DNA from: Eledone cirrhosa
Taxonomy: Eukaryota
DNA length: 64,000 nucleotides
Direction of reading: 5' to 3'
NCBI GenBank assembly: GCA_964016885.1
Contig: OZ024740.1
Coordinates: 194,556,001 to 194,620,000, forward strand
Part shown: positions 1 to 11,925 of the stretch, piece after piece
How the letters are laid out: each line of letters starts with the position of its first letter
How positions within the stretch are numbered: position 1 is the first letter of the stretch
Translations under genes and position numbers: made by a program
Notes under the pieces: model-generated
The model's input: the letters and a program-made list of their open reading frames with translations, nothing else
What the model was told of the DNA's origin: nothing
The model's database searches: none

Positions 1-74
1 ACAGTGTACATTACAAAAATATTATATACACGCCTCTAGACATCTAAAATCTGAAAGAACGGTTAGACTCTACA

Positions 75-115
75 TCGCCGATGAGTTTCCATGAGACTGA
101 AACTTGTCCAATGAC
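75..115 (+). ncRNA. Degenerate type I hammerhead ribozyme
   Basis: catcg-CCGATGA-gtttc cat gagac-t-GAAAC TT GTC-caatg; core has U4C and stem I is imperfect. Confidence 0.45.
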
Positions 116-402
116 ATCATAATACATCCAAGACTTAGTTTCCCGCAACATTGTATTTTCAATAAATTGTAAATCAGAGTTAGTCATTACAATAAATATT
201 TGTTCTCCTAATTGTGAATGTAATCTTAAATAATTGAAATTTCAGGACTCATTACATTTATTATATTATCGCCTTTATTGTTTTTGATGCAGCAGTTGTC
301 CCTGGATATCCATCCATCCAGCCAGTTATTGTTTTGTGAATTATACATATACACAGCCAAGCTCCCGATTGATACGCGTTCGAATAATAGGTTTCTCGAA
401 AT

Positions 403-567
403 AATTGTTTCTACTTTTGGCCCAAGGCCAGCAATTATCTCAGTGTATTACTGATGCTTTATTTTATCGACCCCGTAAGGATGAAAGGCAAAATTACCTC
501 GGCGGGATTTGAATAAAGGGCCGTTATTCTATGCTGCAAAGCATGGTGTCCGACTCTCTACCGATAC
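403..567 (-). mobile_element. tRNA-derived SINE, family 1
   Basis: Reverse complement matches copies at 54425 and 61699 (TTCAAATCCCGCCGAGG...TTTCATCCTTACGGGGTCGATAAAA...GTAGAAACAATTA). Confidence 0.8.
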
Positions 568-1482
568 GAAATAATATGGTTGCAAATTGTTACCAAATGT
601 CGAAAATTATTAGTTGAGACTAGATGCTGAAAATCATACGGTCTAGTTTCAATAAGCACATTGATAATTTCAAACGTCGTGTGGAAATTATTCTGCTGTG
701 TTCTCAAGCGGTTTCAAATGCCAAATTAAGAAGTTATAGCGACAATTGCTCAACGACGGTTACGATTTACAGGACATTGCTGGAGAAGTAAATAGGAAGA
801 TGTACACAAATTACTGGGAGACGCAGTAGAGAGAGACTTGCTTGAACTTTCATCGATCAACTCTCAGATGATATAAATACCAGTAGAGAGCTGTCGCCGT
901 GGGCAATGTAAAATCGTGAAATGTGCAGAGACGTTGTCAGGAATATTCGACTGTAGTCGCAATGGTGAGTTTTATAAATATCTCCTGCTGTGTATATTTG
1001 GTTTAGAATAAGTACATTTTATGCCAGCCTCTCGTATTAGGCAAGTAAAATAGTTGTCGCCATTATCGACATCCGGCCGTAAAATATTATCTCAAAAAGT
1101 ATGAAACTTGTCTTGGACCCCGTAATTCCTGTAATTCCTTAGACGCTTGTTGAGGGAGGGGAGGAAAGATATGTAATACGTCTACTATTTCGTATAGTAA
1201 TTGTGTTCTTCAACTCCACTAAAATGTAATACATGATCTAACCGCAGTAACTATGGATAAAAAGAACTAATGAACAAAACCCTAATGAAAATTTGAATCA
1301 AGAGTGTGTAAATGAAGAAGTGGGTTATCAAGACTTGAATGAAAATGAACAAATAAAGTAAATTACCATTAAAGATGATAAAGATGGTTTCTTTCACGAA
1401 AAGTTAAATCAATTGCTGAAGAACATCGACCTTAATAATAATCTTAATAAAGATCCGATTTCGAGGAAATTTGGACATACTA

Positions 1483-1745
1483 TGGCTTAAAGTTAGGAAG
1501 GTTAGTGTAGGATCGTAATGTCGTCAGTTAGATTCCTGGTTAGGCTGATGCGTTGTGTACTTCAGCAAAACACTTTATTTCACGTTGCTACATTACACTC
1601 AGCTGTGAGTGAATACCAGCAGTATCTGGGGGGTTAAACCTGTGGTAAACCTGTGTCTTGTCCTGGGAAAGTTTTGTACCCTCAGTCACTTAACACCAAG
1701 AAAATCAGGGAAAGCACGGGCCTAATGAGCTTCGGCTTAACACAG
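1483..1745 (+). mobile_element. tRNA-derived CORE-type SINE, diverged
   Basis: TGGCTTAAAGTTAG box A-like head, then CAGCAAAACACTTTATTTCACGTTGC shared with the 61104 copy. Confidence 0.55.
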
Positions 1746-1884
1746 TTATAATTATATCGCTTCTACAGATAGTTAGACGCAAAGAAAAGAAAGAAATGGA
1801 TAATGATTGGTACAATGGTATACAAATAACACGGTATATCAATATATTCGTTAAAATGTATTGTTTAACTCTCCTTTACACACT

Positions 1885-1969
<85 letters not shown>

Positions 1970-2019
1970 AATCAATTATTCATTTTCAATATGCTGAATA
2001 CTCTAAAAGTCTAAAGTCT

Positions 2020-2292
2020 GTCTCAAGCCCGGAGGCTCACCAGACCAGTGCTTATCCCTGTTTTCGTGGCGTTAAGCGACTGAGTATACAAGACGGACTC
2101 CATGCTGGTGGACAGATCGCCAATCCTTCCAGTGTTATACCCTCAACTTATTATGCTGATACTAATTTTCATCTGAGTATACTGGAGCAACGTGAAATGA
2201 AGTGTTTTGCTCAAGAACACAATACATTCCAGGGATCGAACCCACGACAATGTGATCGTATGCTCAACATCCTTACCACTAGGCCACGCGCT
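2020..2292 (-). mobile_element. tRNA-derived CORE-type SINE
   Basis: Minus strand TGGCCTAGTGGTAAGG (box A), GGTTCGATCCC (box B) and TTCTTGAGCAAAACACTT (CORE-like). Confidence 0.7.
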
Positions 2293-2719
2293 TCCATACC
2301 ATGGATACTAAACATATATTTACTTCTCTTTTTCATTACATTCCACTAGAAATATAAGAAACATTGCTGTAATTCAGTTTCAACCGGATATTTTTGAGTC
2401 CTGAACGTGTTATTTCATTCTTCTATATATTTATCTATCATGTTCAAGGTTTGCTATTGTTTTCCTGAGTAAAAGGTTTTCATCATACAGATTAACCGTG
2501 CTAATAGAGTTTATTGTATGTGTGCTTGTATGTAAATGTTTACACATAAACATACACACACACATACGCACACACAGATACCTACCTACATTTCATACAT
2601 GCATAGATACATACATACATACATACATACATACATACATACATACATACATACATACATACATACATACATACATACATACATACATACATGCATGCAT
2701 ACATACATATGGCTGTATC

Positions 2720-3120
2720 TCGATTTCGAGAATTGCCATCACCTGACCTTTTTCTCAGACATATGCCGTACGAACATGAGATCTTAGCCTTGCCAAAGTC
2801 TTACGTTCCTTTCTGTAGAAAATCCCTCGACCAACTTCGGTCAACCATGTAACAAACAGGAATGTCATTTACATGAAATGATGCCTGTGTTTGAAGCTTT
2901 TTAAGTGAAGAAAGGCCTTACACTGGACCAATCCAATTTTCTGAACAAGTTTGACAGATATCAAAAAAGATCAGATCACCATTGCCTGCCATCGAGTCGC
3001 AAATTTTACATCGCATTTTTCCTTCCCCTAGTATGATGACCTAACAAAGCTTCTGAGTTGTTCACTCCCGGTTGGCTAAACACGCACTTGGGCAGCAAAC
3101 CGAGTATTTCTATGATCCGC
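2720..3120 (+). pseudogene. Highly decayed PLE GIY-YIG C-terminal fragment
   Basis: Remnants KPYT and NKASELFT resemble the PY...LNxRSE(F/L)FT end of the intact GIY-YIG domains here; many frameshifts. Confidence 0.3.
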
Positions 3121-3198
3121 GCATATATAAATATATAAATATATATATATGTATATATATGTGTGCGTGCGCGCGTGCGCGCGTGCGCGCGCGCGCGC

Positions 3199-3255
<57 letters not shown>

Positions 3256-3779
3256 TGTGTCTGTGTGTATATATATGTATTGATATGCACATATTATACA
3301 TAAACATTTAGTATATGCTTTAATATGCACACCTGTTACGTTTCACGATATATCAAAGCATTACTACTGCTTATGGATCCGAGTCAACAAGCTTCTGCTC
3401 TCTATGCAAATGAGGTTCATCAGCCGATCTTCAGAAGCACACAACTAATAAGCCTTCAGCTTATTTTGACTAAGCATCAAAAGAGTTTTCCTTTTTGATG
3501 ACGTATAAAAATTCGGAAACCGTGCATTCATGGGGTTCTACCTTTGTTGCTAGGAATAGAGTGATATGATCTCAGCTTATTAAAAAACCATAGCGAATGT
3601 AAAATGATGTTCCTTATACAGATAGATTTTAGATTATGTTTTACGTTCGTTAGGCCAGCGCATTATACATTCAAGGAGATTTGTAACATAATATGTCTCT
3701 GTCATTGTCTATTCAGGTATTTTCATATGGTTTTAAAAACCGCTTTAGAGAAAAGGACTCGGTGACAAAAATCGCAATT

Positions 3780-4375
3780 CCAATAAACTTTTTCAATCCT
3801 TACCAATTCATCCTTTCTTGCCGCCCGTTATAGCTCTGCGTTTGCTTTTTTCATTTCACCCAATAATTGACACACTGCTTTTTGTAAAACTTCAGTGTCA
3901 GGGGTCATTCTTCTTCATTTAGGACCTAGGATCTGCCGAATGCACTTTTGGTGGAGCTTTCAAGTATCTTGAAAGGCCGATGGTGAGTGGTTCATGTTTC
4001 ACACCCATACAACAACACTGAAAGCCCACATGCCTCATACACAGTTATTTTTGTCCTCACAATTAATCCTCTATCACTAATTTTCCAAATGCAGGGCTTG
4101 CCTTCTGTTCACGAAGATGTATTTCTGCATCTAAACTCCCATTCCTTGATACAGTATATCCTAGATACACAAAAGAACCAACACCACCATCCTGATCCCA
4201 TTCAGATATATAGTTAGCACAACTTAAGTTTCTCCTCATTTTTTAGTGTACATTAACTTGGTCTTAGTTAAGTTTCCAGTGAACACTCCAAAAAGTACAT
4301 ACTTCAGAAATGTTATTCACTCTGGGTGGCATATCTGCTTTTGTGCAACAAAATCGACATTGTCAGCATAAAAGT
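3780..4375 (-). pseudogene. Decayed RTE-clade LINE RT 3' fragment
   Basis: Minus-strand remnants YADN, YLGY and LLYGCET*T. Confidence 0.5.
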
Positions 4376-4804
4376 AATAGAGAAGACAGATGGTTGAAAC
4401 GAATAAAATTAATTTAATTAATTAATTGTCCAGGAAATGTTTAATAACTATTATATTGAGGTGGGCTGTCTCTATTCAGACAGACGATAAAATTAATGGC
4501 TGAACAAACTTCTCATCTGCGACTAAACAATATTTTTGTTTAAATCTGAGAAAACAGTAATTTTCTCATAGTAATGTTATTTCTTTAAAAACATTTACCA
4601 TGTTTTAAAAATCCTCTCTCGTTCAATTGATTCATTTCAAATTATTGTCCTGCGCACGTAACAGTACAACATTGTTTAACTATCACCTTCCCTCACAGCG
4701 TCTATCTCACTCTCTATCACTCTGTATAAACACACACACACACATATCTGTATATATATATATATATTCTATGACCTTTTCTGTTTTCAACGGAAATTTC
4801 AATA

Positions 4805-4879
<75 letters not shown>

Positions 4880-4954
4880 AAATGTGTGTACATATATATA
4901 TATACATATATATACACTTATGTGATATGTTCATATATATATATATATATATAT

Positions 4955-5049
4955 TTAATATAGAAAAGCTTCTACAGGACTAGAACTTTTTCATTCGTGA
5001 GGAATCATCAGGAGATTCCTGATGATTTCTCACGAATGAAACAGTTCTA
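4955..5049. mobile_element. Short fold-back of a hammerhead-containing terminus (same family as 22114-22315)
   Basis: Palindrome centred near 5011; CTGATGA at 5019 and GAAAC at 5038. Confidence 0.7.
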
Positions 5050-5685
5050 AAAACCGGTTTGTCTGTGTGTTTACATACAGAATAGCTGGCCACTCACAGT
5101 AAAGTGACCAGTGAAAAAAAAACTTGGTACATCTACATATGTATACGTGTGTGTATTCATATACATACTAGTATTTCAGTATACATATATGGATGTACAT
5201 CTTTAACTTAATTGTTTAAGCGTCAGTCATACAAAAGTGAGTTACAAACGAAACGAAATGTAATTTCGTTTCGTTATTTGTTTTTATCGTCTCCGTTGAA
5301 CCGGTACTTACTCACACTCTATGCAAATTGGTCTGCCCACTACTAATTTTCATAGAAAAAGCATATAACGATATGTGCTTTTACGATTCTCTAGAGAGGC
5401 CGGAAGATAGGTAAATATTGCTGATGAGTTGTAACAACAACGAAACTAGTTCAATATTCCTTGTTTGGCTTTCTGGAGAATAGAGGAAAGGTGTTTCCTC
5501 AAAAACCAGTATGACTCTAAAAACCGGTTTGTCTGTGTGTTTACATACAGAATAGCTGGTCACTCACAGTAAAGTGACCAGTGAAAAAAAAAACTTGGTA
5601 CATCTACATATGTATACGTGTGTGTATTCATATACATACTAGTATTTCAGTATACATATATGGATGTACATCTTTAACTTAATTA
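5047..5685 (+). mobile_element. Retrozyme-like non-coding tandem unit, period about 470 nt
   Basis: 5047-5213 is repeated at 5517-5684; contains ATGCAAAT at 5321 and a hammerhead at 5421; ends in (TA)n. Confidence 0.75.
5410..5460 (+). ncRNA. Minimal type I hammerhead ribozyme
   Basis: aatattg-CTGATGA-gttg taacaa caac-GAAAC TA GTT-caatatt; stems I and II pair perfectly and stem III is palindromic (ACTAGT). Confidence 0.9.
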
Positions 5686-5743
5686 TATATATATATATAT
5701 GTGCACATATATATTTATATATATATATGCACATATATATTTA

Positions 5744-5786
<43 letters not shown>

Positions 5787-5824
5787 GTGTGCACATATAT
5801 ATTTATATATATATATATGTGCAC

Positions 5825-5859
<35 letters not shown>

Positions 5860-5901
5860 CACATATATATATATATATATGTGCATATATATATATATAT
5901 T

Positions 5902-5925
<24 letters not shown>

Positions 5926-5932
<7 letters not shown>

Positions 5933-6350
5933 AGATCAAAAGATGGTTAAAGGAGTTCAATATATTTTATTATGCGCATTTCAAAAACAAACATCATCAA
6001 ACAATAATATTTGTGTTTTCATCAGATAAAACAGGAGAACATGATATGAAGGCTAAAAAAACACTTGTTGATAGTGCAGTTTTAAATCAACATATGATAT
6101 GTTGATTTAAAACTGCACTATCAACAAGTGTTTTTTTAGCCTTCATATCATGTTCTCCTGTTTTATCTGATGAAAACACAAATATTATTGTTTGATGATG
6201 TTTGTTTTTGAAATGCGCATAATAAAATATATTGAACTCCTTTAACCATCTTTTGATCTTATATTATGCATACTCCAGTCCCACAAACTGTAGAGTGCTT
6301 CTTATCCGATATCTGCATTGCTTTATTGTACTACAATAAAACTCACCTCC

Positions 6351-6353
<3 letters not shown>
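5926..6353. mobile_element. Fold-back non-coding insert with a hammerhead in each arm (family also at 37642-37979)
   Basis: About 165-bp inverted arms centred near 6095; right arm has an extra tail of about 87 nt; (TA)n on both sides. Confidence 0.85.
6161..6227 (+). ncRNA. Type I hammerhead ribozyme
   Basis: ttttat-CTGATGA-stem II-GAAA TGCGCA TA-ataaaa; mirror copy on the minus strand near 5964-6030. Confidence 0.85.
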
Positions 6354-6434
<81 letters not shown>

Positions 6435-6465
6435 GAAGTTGTTACACAACAGTTAGTTCACCATA

Positions 6466-6505
6466 CCGAGAACAATTGTTTCACCTTAGTGGATCCTCAG
6501 CTCGG
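6466..6505 (-). ncRNA. Minimal type I hammerhead in PLE 3' end
   Basis: Minus strand ccgag-CTGAGGA-tcc actaa ggt-GAAAC AATT GTT-ctcgg. Confidence 0.85.
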
Positions 6506-7958
6506 AATGGGCATGGTTATAGGAACAGGAAGGACAACCGTACGAACGCGCATGCGCAGAAACCCGGTCACTTCACACAGGCAATACTAGACTGCGTGCG
6601 TGAGGTGTAAGGGAGTTAACTGCGAAAGTCCGAAAAGTTTTTAGGTTGAAAATAAAATTACAAAGAATCAGTCCGGAACCTTGTAGTTATGCAATAGGTG
6701 TTTGGCGCCGTGTGGACAACTTGTGAAAAATTCACTTCTCGTGTTTAGGCAATGACTATTGCGTAATCTCTTTAGAATAGTTATTCGTTCGTCAATACAT
6801 AAGCCACACGTCGGATTTTCCCTTGCGTATGGCTTGGACTTAGTGATGGCTTTCCATTGAATGGCGTAGTCTTTACTTGAGTCCTTGAGGGACCATACGT
6901 AGCTCGCGAGTTTCGTGGATGAACGTCTGTCCGGGTACCTGAAGGTCAACTGGTGGTTCAGGAAACGTTCCTTAAATCGGCCCTCCGCCATGCCCACATA
7001 GGATTTGACCTCCTGTGGTTCGTTTGGTCGGTTGGAAGTGACCACAGCTTCATAAATTACAGCTGGTGTGTTTCATTGGTGTTGAAGGGGGCAAGCTTCA
7101 GGCTTACGGCAAGAGCACCCAGGTGGGGTGTGGCTCCTAGGGCTGTTTGTGATGTGGGCCATCATGTTCTTAGCGCAGGAGTATCCTAGTTTAACTTTGT
7201 GTCTGTTAAAGATGGAGCGGTATTTATGACCTATGGGAAAGTGTCTATCTAAGATGGCTAGAAATGTTTTTCTTACATTGGTTTTAACGTTTAGTGAGAA
7301 TGGAGGAGAGAACCAGATAGTTTGTCTATTGTTGTGCTTACTTTTCTTAACGGTGATGTTACTAGTGGGAGATTAAGTGATAGGTTGTAAGAAGCCGCTG
7401 TTAGCCAACGCCGTGTTATAGTAGGGTGCCGCCCTGTCGAAGGTAGCCTTATTAGAGGAAAGGTTTGAAATTCTAGTACTGATATTCTTAACGAAGTTTC
7501 TAAAAACAGTGGGAGGGTGGCATGTGTCCTTGTGAATGTAATTGAGTTTCACGTTTAGCTTTTGGAATGGTCTGTGGGTGTGTGTGCAAAGGTCTAAATT
7601 AATGTCTAAGAAATCTATGCAAGAGAGGTTGGTGGCTACTGTTATCTCATTGAAGGTAGAAGCTAAGTCTTTTTTAAACCGGTCGAGGTTGTGACCACTT
7701 TTATGGCTCGATAAAGTCAGTCCAACGTCGCGGTATATTCCCGTGTGGAAGTCCGGGAATCAAACACGTAATATGTCTAAGATAAATAGGCCAACCAAGT
7801 CACATACATCAGCACTGTCAAACGAGCCCATGGAGACGTCGAATACGTCTGAAGTTGTAGACTTCTTTGCCCAGGCTATATTGCCTGTGTGAAGTGACTG
7901 GTTTCTGCGCATGCGCGTTCGTACGGTTGTCCTTCCTGTTCCTATAACCAGGCCCATT

Positions 7959-7998
7959 CCGAGCTGAGGAACCGCTAAGGTGAAACAATTGTTCTCGG
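7959..7998 (+). ncRNA. Minimal type I hammerhead in inverted pLTR
   Basis: ccgag-CTGAGGA-acc gctaa ggt-GAAAC AATT GTT-ctcgg. Confidence 0.9.
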
Positions 7999-8092
7999 TA
8001 TGGTGAACTAACTGTTGTGTAACCACTCCTACCTAACTCGTCCCATGGACTGAGTGCTCTACCACTACGGATATTACCTTCCAGTCTTCCAC

Positions 8093-8186
<94 letters not shown>

Positions 8187-8211
8187 GTGCACATATATAT
8201 ATATATATATT

Positions 8212-8242
<31 letters not shown>

Positions 8243-8247
<5 letters not shown>

Positions 8248-8434
8248 AACCAGTAAGACCCCGACAGCTGAGCTCAAGCCGTTTCGACGGCTAATTCTGG
8301 ACAGAATTAGCCGTCGAAACGGCTTGAGCTCAGATGTCGAGGTCTTACTGGTTCCTATTACCCACTCTACTACCTCAAGTATTGAGTACTTTGGTGCGTT
8401 ATGGTCCACCTGGTTCCTTACCACATTTCCTTCG

Positions 8435-8437
<3 letters not shown>
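8243..8437. mobile_element. Mini fold-back of PLE 3' terminus, family D
   Basis: Palindrome centred near 8300 plus an 80-nt tail; same family at 9021, 14646 and 27249. Confidence 0.85.
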
Positions 8438-8503
<66 letters not shown>

Positions 8504-8530
8504 TATATATATATATATATACACATATAT

Positions 8531-8820
8531 GGAAAGTTATATTTAAATTGTTGGGTTACAACTAGTAAATATTTATAACTGATATAAAAGCACTCAACAA
8601 GTATTTGGAGTATATTTACAATATTAAATAAATGGAAACTATATTTATAAAACCATATTTATTTCATTATATATATTTCAGGGATATCATATTAACAATA
8701 TGCTATGCCTTCCTCAGACAAAATACAATATAAACAGTTTTATAGATAAATAGATTCGACATACCGTAACAACATCGACTTGTATTTGAAAAGGTTGATT
8801 TGGTAGTTTAAACTGTTTAT
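8531..8820 (-). mobile_element. Hammerhead-bearing non-coding insert, family C
   Basis: Minus strand CTGAGGA...GAAATATATATA at about 8661-8725; homologous to 21194-21513. Confidence 0.7.
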
Positions 8821-8826
8821 ATACAC

Positions 8827-8919
<93 letters not shown>

Positions 8920-8953
8920 TATGTATATATATATATATATGCACATATATATA

Positions 8954-9009
<56 letters not shown>

Positions 9010-9020
9010 TATATATATTT

Positions 9021-10189
9021 ATAGGAAAAAGTATTGACCCGATAGCAGAGCTCAAGCCATTTCGACGGCTATTTATGGACTAAATTAGAATTTTTAGCCT
9101 GGTGAATAAATAGCCGAACTTGTCAAGGGGGTACTTCCTTATATGGAAAGATTGTAGTTGTCAAGAGGATTGGTTAAAATTTGTTGTAAACACAAATAAG
9201 TCTATCAAAGACGAACTGGTAACCGCATGCAAACACAGATTGCGTAGGACTTACCTCGCCCTCAAACCCCCTTCCGGGTGGGTAGACAAGGGCTGATACC
9301 CCCCCCCCCCCCCCACACACACACACACACTTGCCGAATAGGTTAGGGGAAACCCCACCTAACATAGGTAGATGTATCTCTTTTCTTTTCTTTCCCTCAT
9401 TGCCTTCTTCTTCCCCTTGTCTCATCCTATCATTTCCTACCACCCCCTATTTTCTTCCTCGTCTGCTTTTCCCCTTTCGCCTACCCCGATGCAGCCCATC
9501 GGGCCTCTGTAGCATCAGTTCCCCCACCCCTGTAATTTTAAGTTGGAATTGGCCGAATAAGTTTTACTAACTACTTATAGCAGACGTGTTAAACCCTTTT
9601 AATTTTTGTATCAGTTTTGGTACTATTCAATTTCTAGAAGTTTTTTCTATTCTCAATTTATTAACCTGTAATTGTAAGATAGCATTGTGATTTTTTTTTT
9701 ATTCATTTCTCAATATCTAATTTTATATATTTTTTTTTATTTCTATTATCTTTTATTGTCTCCTACTCTCATTCGATTTACCTATTCTATAACCTCCCCC
9801 TCCACTTCATACACTATCCTTAGAATCTGCTGTATACATATCACTTTCAACGCTTCACCGCTCCAGTCACTCCCCTATTGTTCTACAGGCAAGTTCAGCC
9901 ACCCCTACCTCCCACCATATGCCATGATAGACTTATTTGTGTTTACAACAAATTTTAACCAACCCTCTTGACAACTACAATCTTCCCATATAAGGAAGTA
10001 CCCGCTTGACAAGTTCGGCTATTTATTCACCAGGTTAAAAATTCTAATTTAGTCCAGAAGTAGCCGTCGAAAAGGCTTGAGCTCAGCCGTCAGGGTCATA
10101 CTTTTTCCTATTTCCCACTGTACTAGCCTAATTATTGAGTACTCTGGTGCGTTATGGTCCATCTGGTTCCTTACCACATTTCCTTTGTT
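9021..10189 (+). mobile_element. 3' end of a Naiad-type PLE (family D) with inverted pLTR
   Basis: 9021-9207 is the reverse complement of 9925-10111; plus frame KDELVTACKHR near 9208-9240 matches the PLE C-terminal motif; followed by about 0.9 kb of 3' region. Confidence 0.75.
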
Positions 10190-10369
10190 ATATATATATA
10201 TTTATATAAGTTAAAACAATGAAATAAAAAATCAAGTCATTAGAGATATACTTCACTGCTTTACTATCGTTTCTAGGTGATGATAATACATTGTAGCTAT
10301 GCTCCGTTATTGATCTATGTAAGGTTAGTTACAAAATATCAGATAAAGAGAATATTTACTTACATGCAA

Positions 10370-10426
<57 letters not shown>

Positions 10427-10480
10427 ACATATATATATATATATTTATATATATTTATATATATATATATATTTATATAT

Positions 10481-11663
10481 AAGGGTTATCATATACATAA
10501 AATTAAATTAAGGATATATATATGTTGCAACTGTTCACTTTTAAGCTCAATGAAGAATTAATAAATTAAAATCAAATGATCAGAGCATTATATCATAAAT
10601 TATGTCTATAGAATCAATCAGATATTAAAATATATACTATTTCTTCTTCTAATCAGCATAATTAACCATATACAAAATCAAACCTAGCAAGCTTTAAGAA
10701 TAAATTTTCTTACGGGGAAATCTCTGACAAGCAATTGATCGTAACCTCTTCGCGGCGGCTCCGTTCCACTATTTATCAAACATTTCGGCAGCATGCAGAA
10801 TCCGATCAAATATACTATCAACCACACATAATTAGTAGTAAAATTAAACTTGGAAGAAATGTGCACATACCGTAATTATATCTCTACCATGGTTTCTTCC
10901 TTATTTAGGACATCCAAATAATATTGAATCCCAGAGTTAGGTTTCATCAGGAGATAAACTCAAAATCAGACATTTAGTTTCTCAAACCGACCGCGCCAAA
11001 TTTAGATTCAAAAATGGCTAAGATCGCTATGTAGCTGTGTACCAGCCAGAGAGAAAGCGTGTGATTGGTTGCTTACGGCGGGTAGGCTTGCTGCTAGAAA
11101 GCGCAGCCATAAATCGCCAAATTTAATCTCAACCAATTGGGAGATTATTAAATATAAAGGTTATCATATACATAAAATTAAATTAAGGATATATATATGT
11201 TGCAACTGTTCACTTTTAAGCTCAATGAAGAATTAATAAATTAAAATCAAAAGATCAGAGCATTATATCATAAATTTTTCTCTATATATTAAGAACTATT
11301 TCAAGAGTAACTTACTCACTAAATGTCTGATTTTGAGTTTATCTCCTGATGAAACCTAACTCTGGGATTCAATATTATTTGGAGGTCCTAAATAAGGAAG
11401 AAACCATGGTAGAGATATAATTACGGTATGTGCGCATTTCTTCTAAGTTTAATTTTACTACTAATTATGTGTGGTTGATAGTATATTTGATCGGATTCTG
11501 CATGCTGCCGAAATGTTTGATAAATAGTGGAACGGAGCCGCCGCGAAGAGGCTACGATCAATTGCTTGTCAGAGATTTCCCCGAAAGAAAATTTATTCTT
11601 AAAGCTTGCTAGATTTGATTTTGTATATGGTTAATTATGCTGATTAAAAGAAGAAATAGTATA

Positions 11664-11664
<1 letters not shown>
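10481..11664. mobile_element. Retrozyme-like unit (period about 676 nt) with inverted partial copy
   Basis: 10481-10600 is repeated at 11157-11276; 11318-11664 is the reverse complement of 10632-10978; both arms carry a hammerhead. Confidence 0.8.
11341..11416 (+). ncRNA. Type I hammerhead ribozyme
   Basis: atctc-CTGATGA-about 47 nt-GAAAC CATG GTA-gagat; mirror copy on the minus strand near 10880-10955. Confidence 0.8.
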
Positions 11665-11701
<37 letters not shown>

Positions 11702-11704
11702 CAC

Positions 11705-11779
<75 letters not shown>

Positions 11780-11795
11780 CACATATATATATATA

Positions 11796-11837
<42 letters not shown>

Positions 11838-11840
11838 CAC

Positions 11841-11871
<31 letters not shown>

Positions 11872-11925
11872 TATATATATATATTTATATATATATATTT
11901 ATATATATATATATATATATATATA

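Larger units (their letters stand above)
6430..8096 (-). mobile_element. 5'-truncated Naiad-type Penelope-like element with inverted pLTR
   Basis: Minus frame FDVSMGSFDSADVCDLVG (RT), WFSPPFSLNVKTN, CSCRKPEACPL, YVGMAEGRFKERFLNH (GIY-YIG), LNTRSE...CPH; stops at 7073-7075 and 7373-7375; 7879-8096 is an inverted copy of the 3' end. Confidence 0.9.

Noticed and set aside
880-970. Possible host exon ending ATG|GTGAGT
   Set aside because: A lone donor-like site with no supportable ORF or partner exons.
3490-3535. TTGATGA...GAAAC hammerhead-like string
   Set aside because: No convincing stem I or III and no compensatory A8.
10684-11612. Duplicated 60-aa ORF, and recurring short ORFs in families R and D
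   Set aside because: They recur only because the repeat recurs; there is no recognisable domain and most use non-ATG starts.
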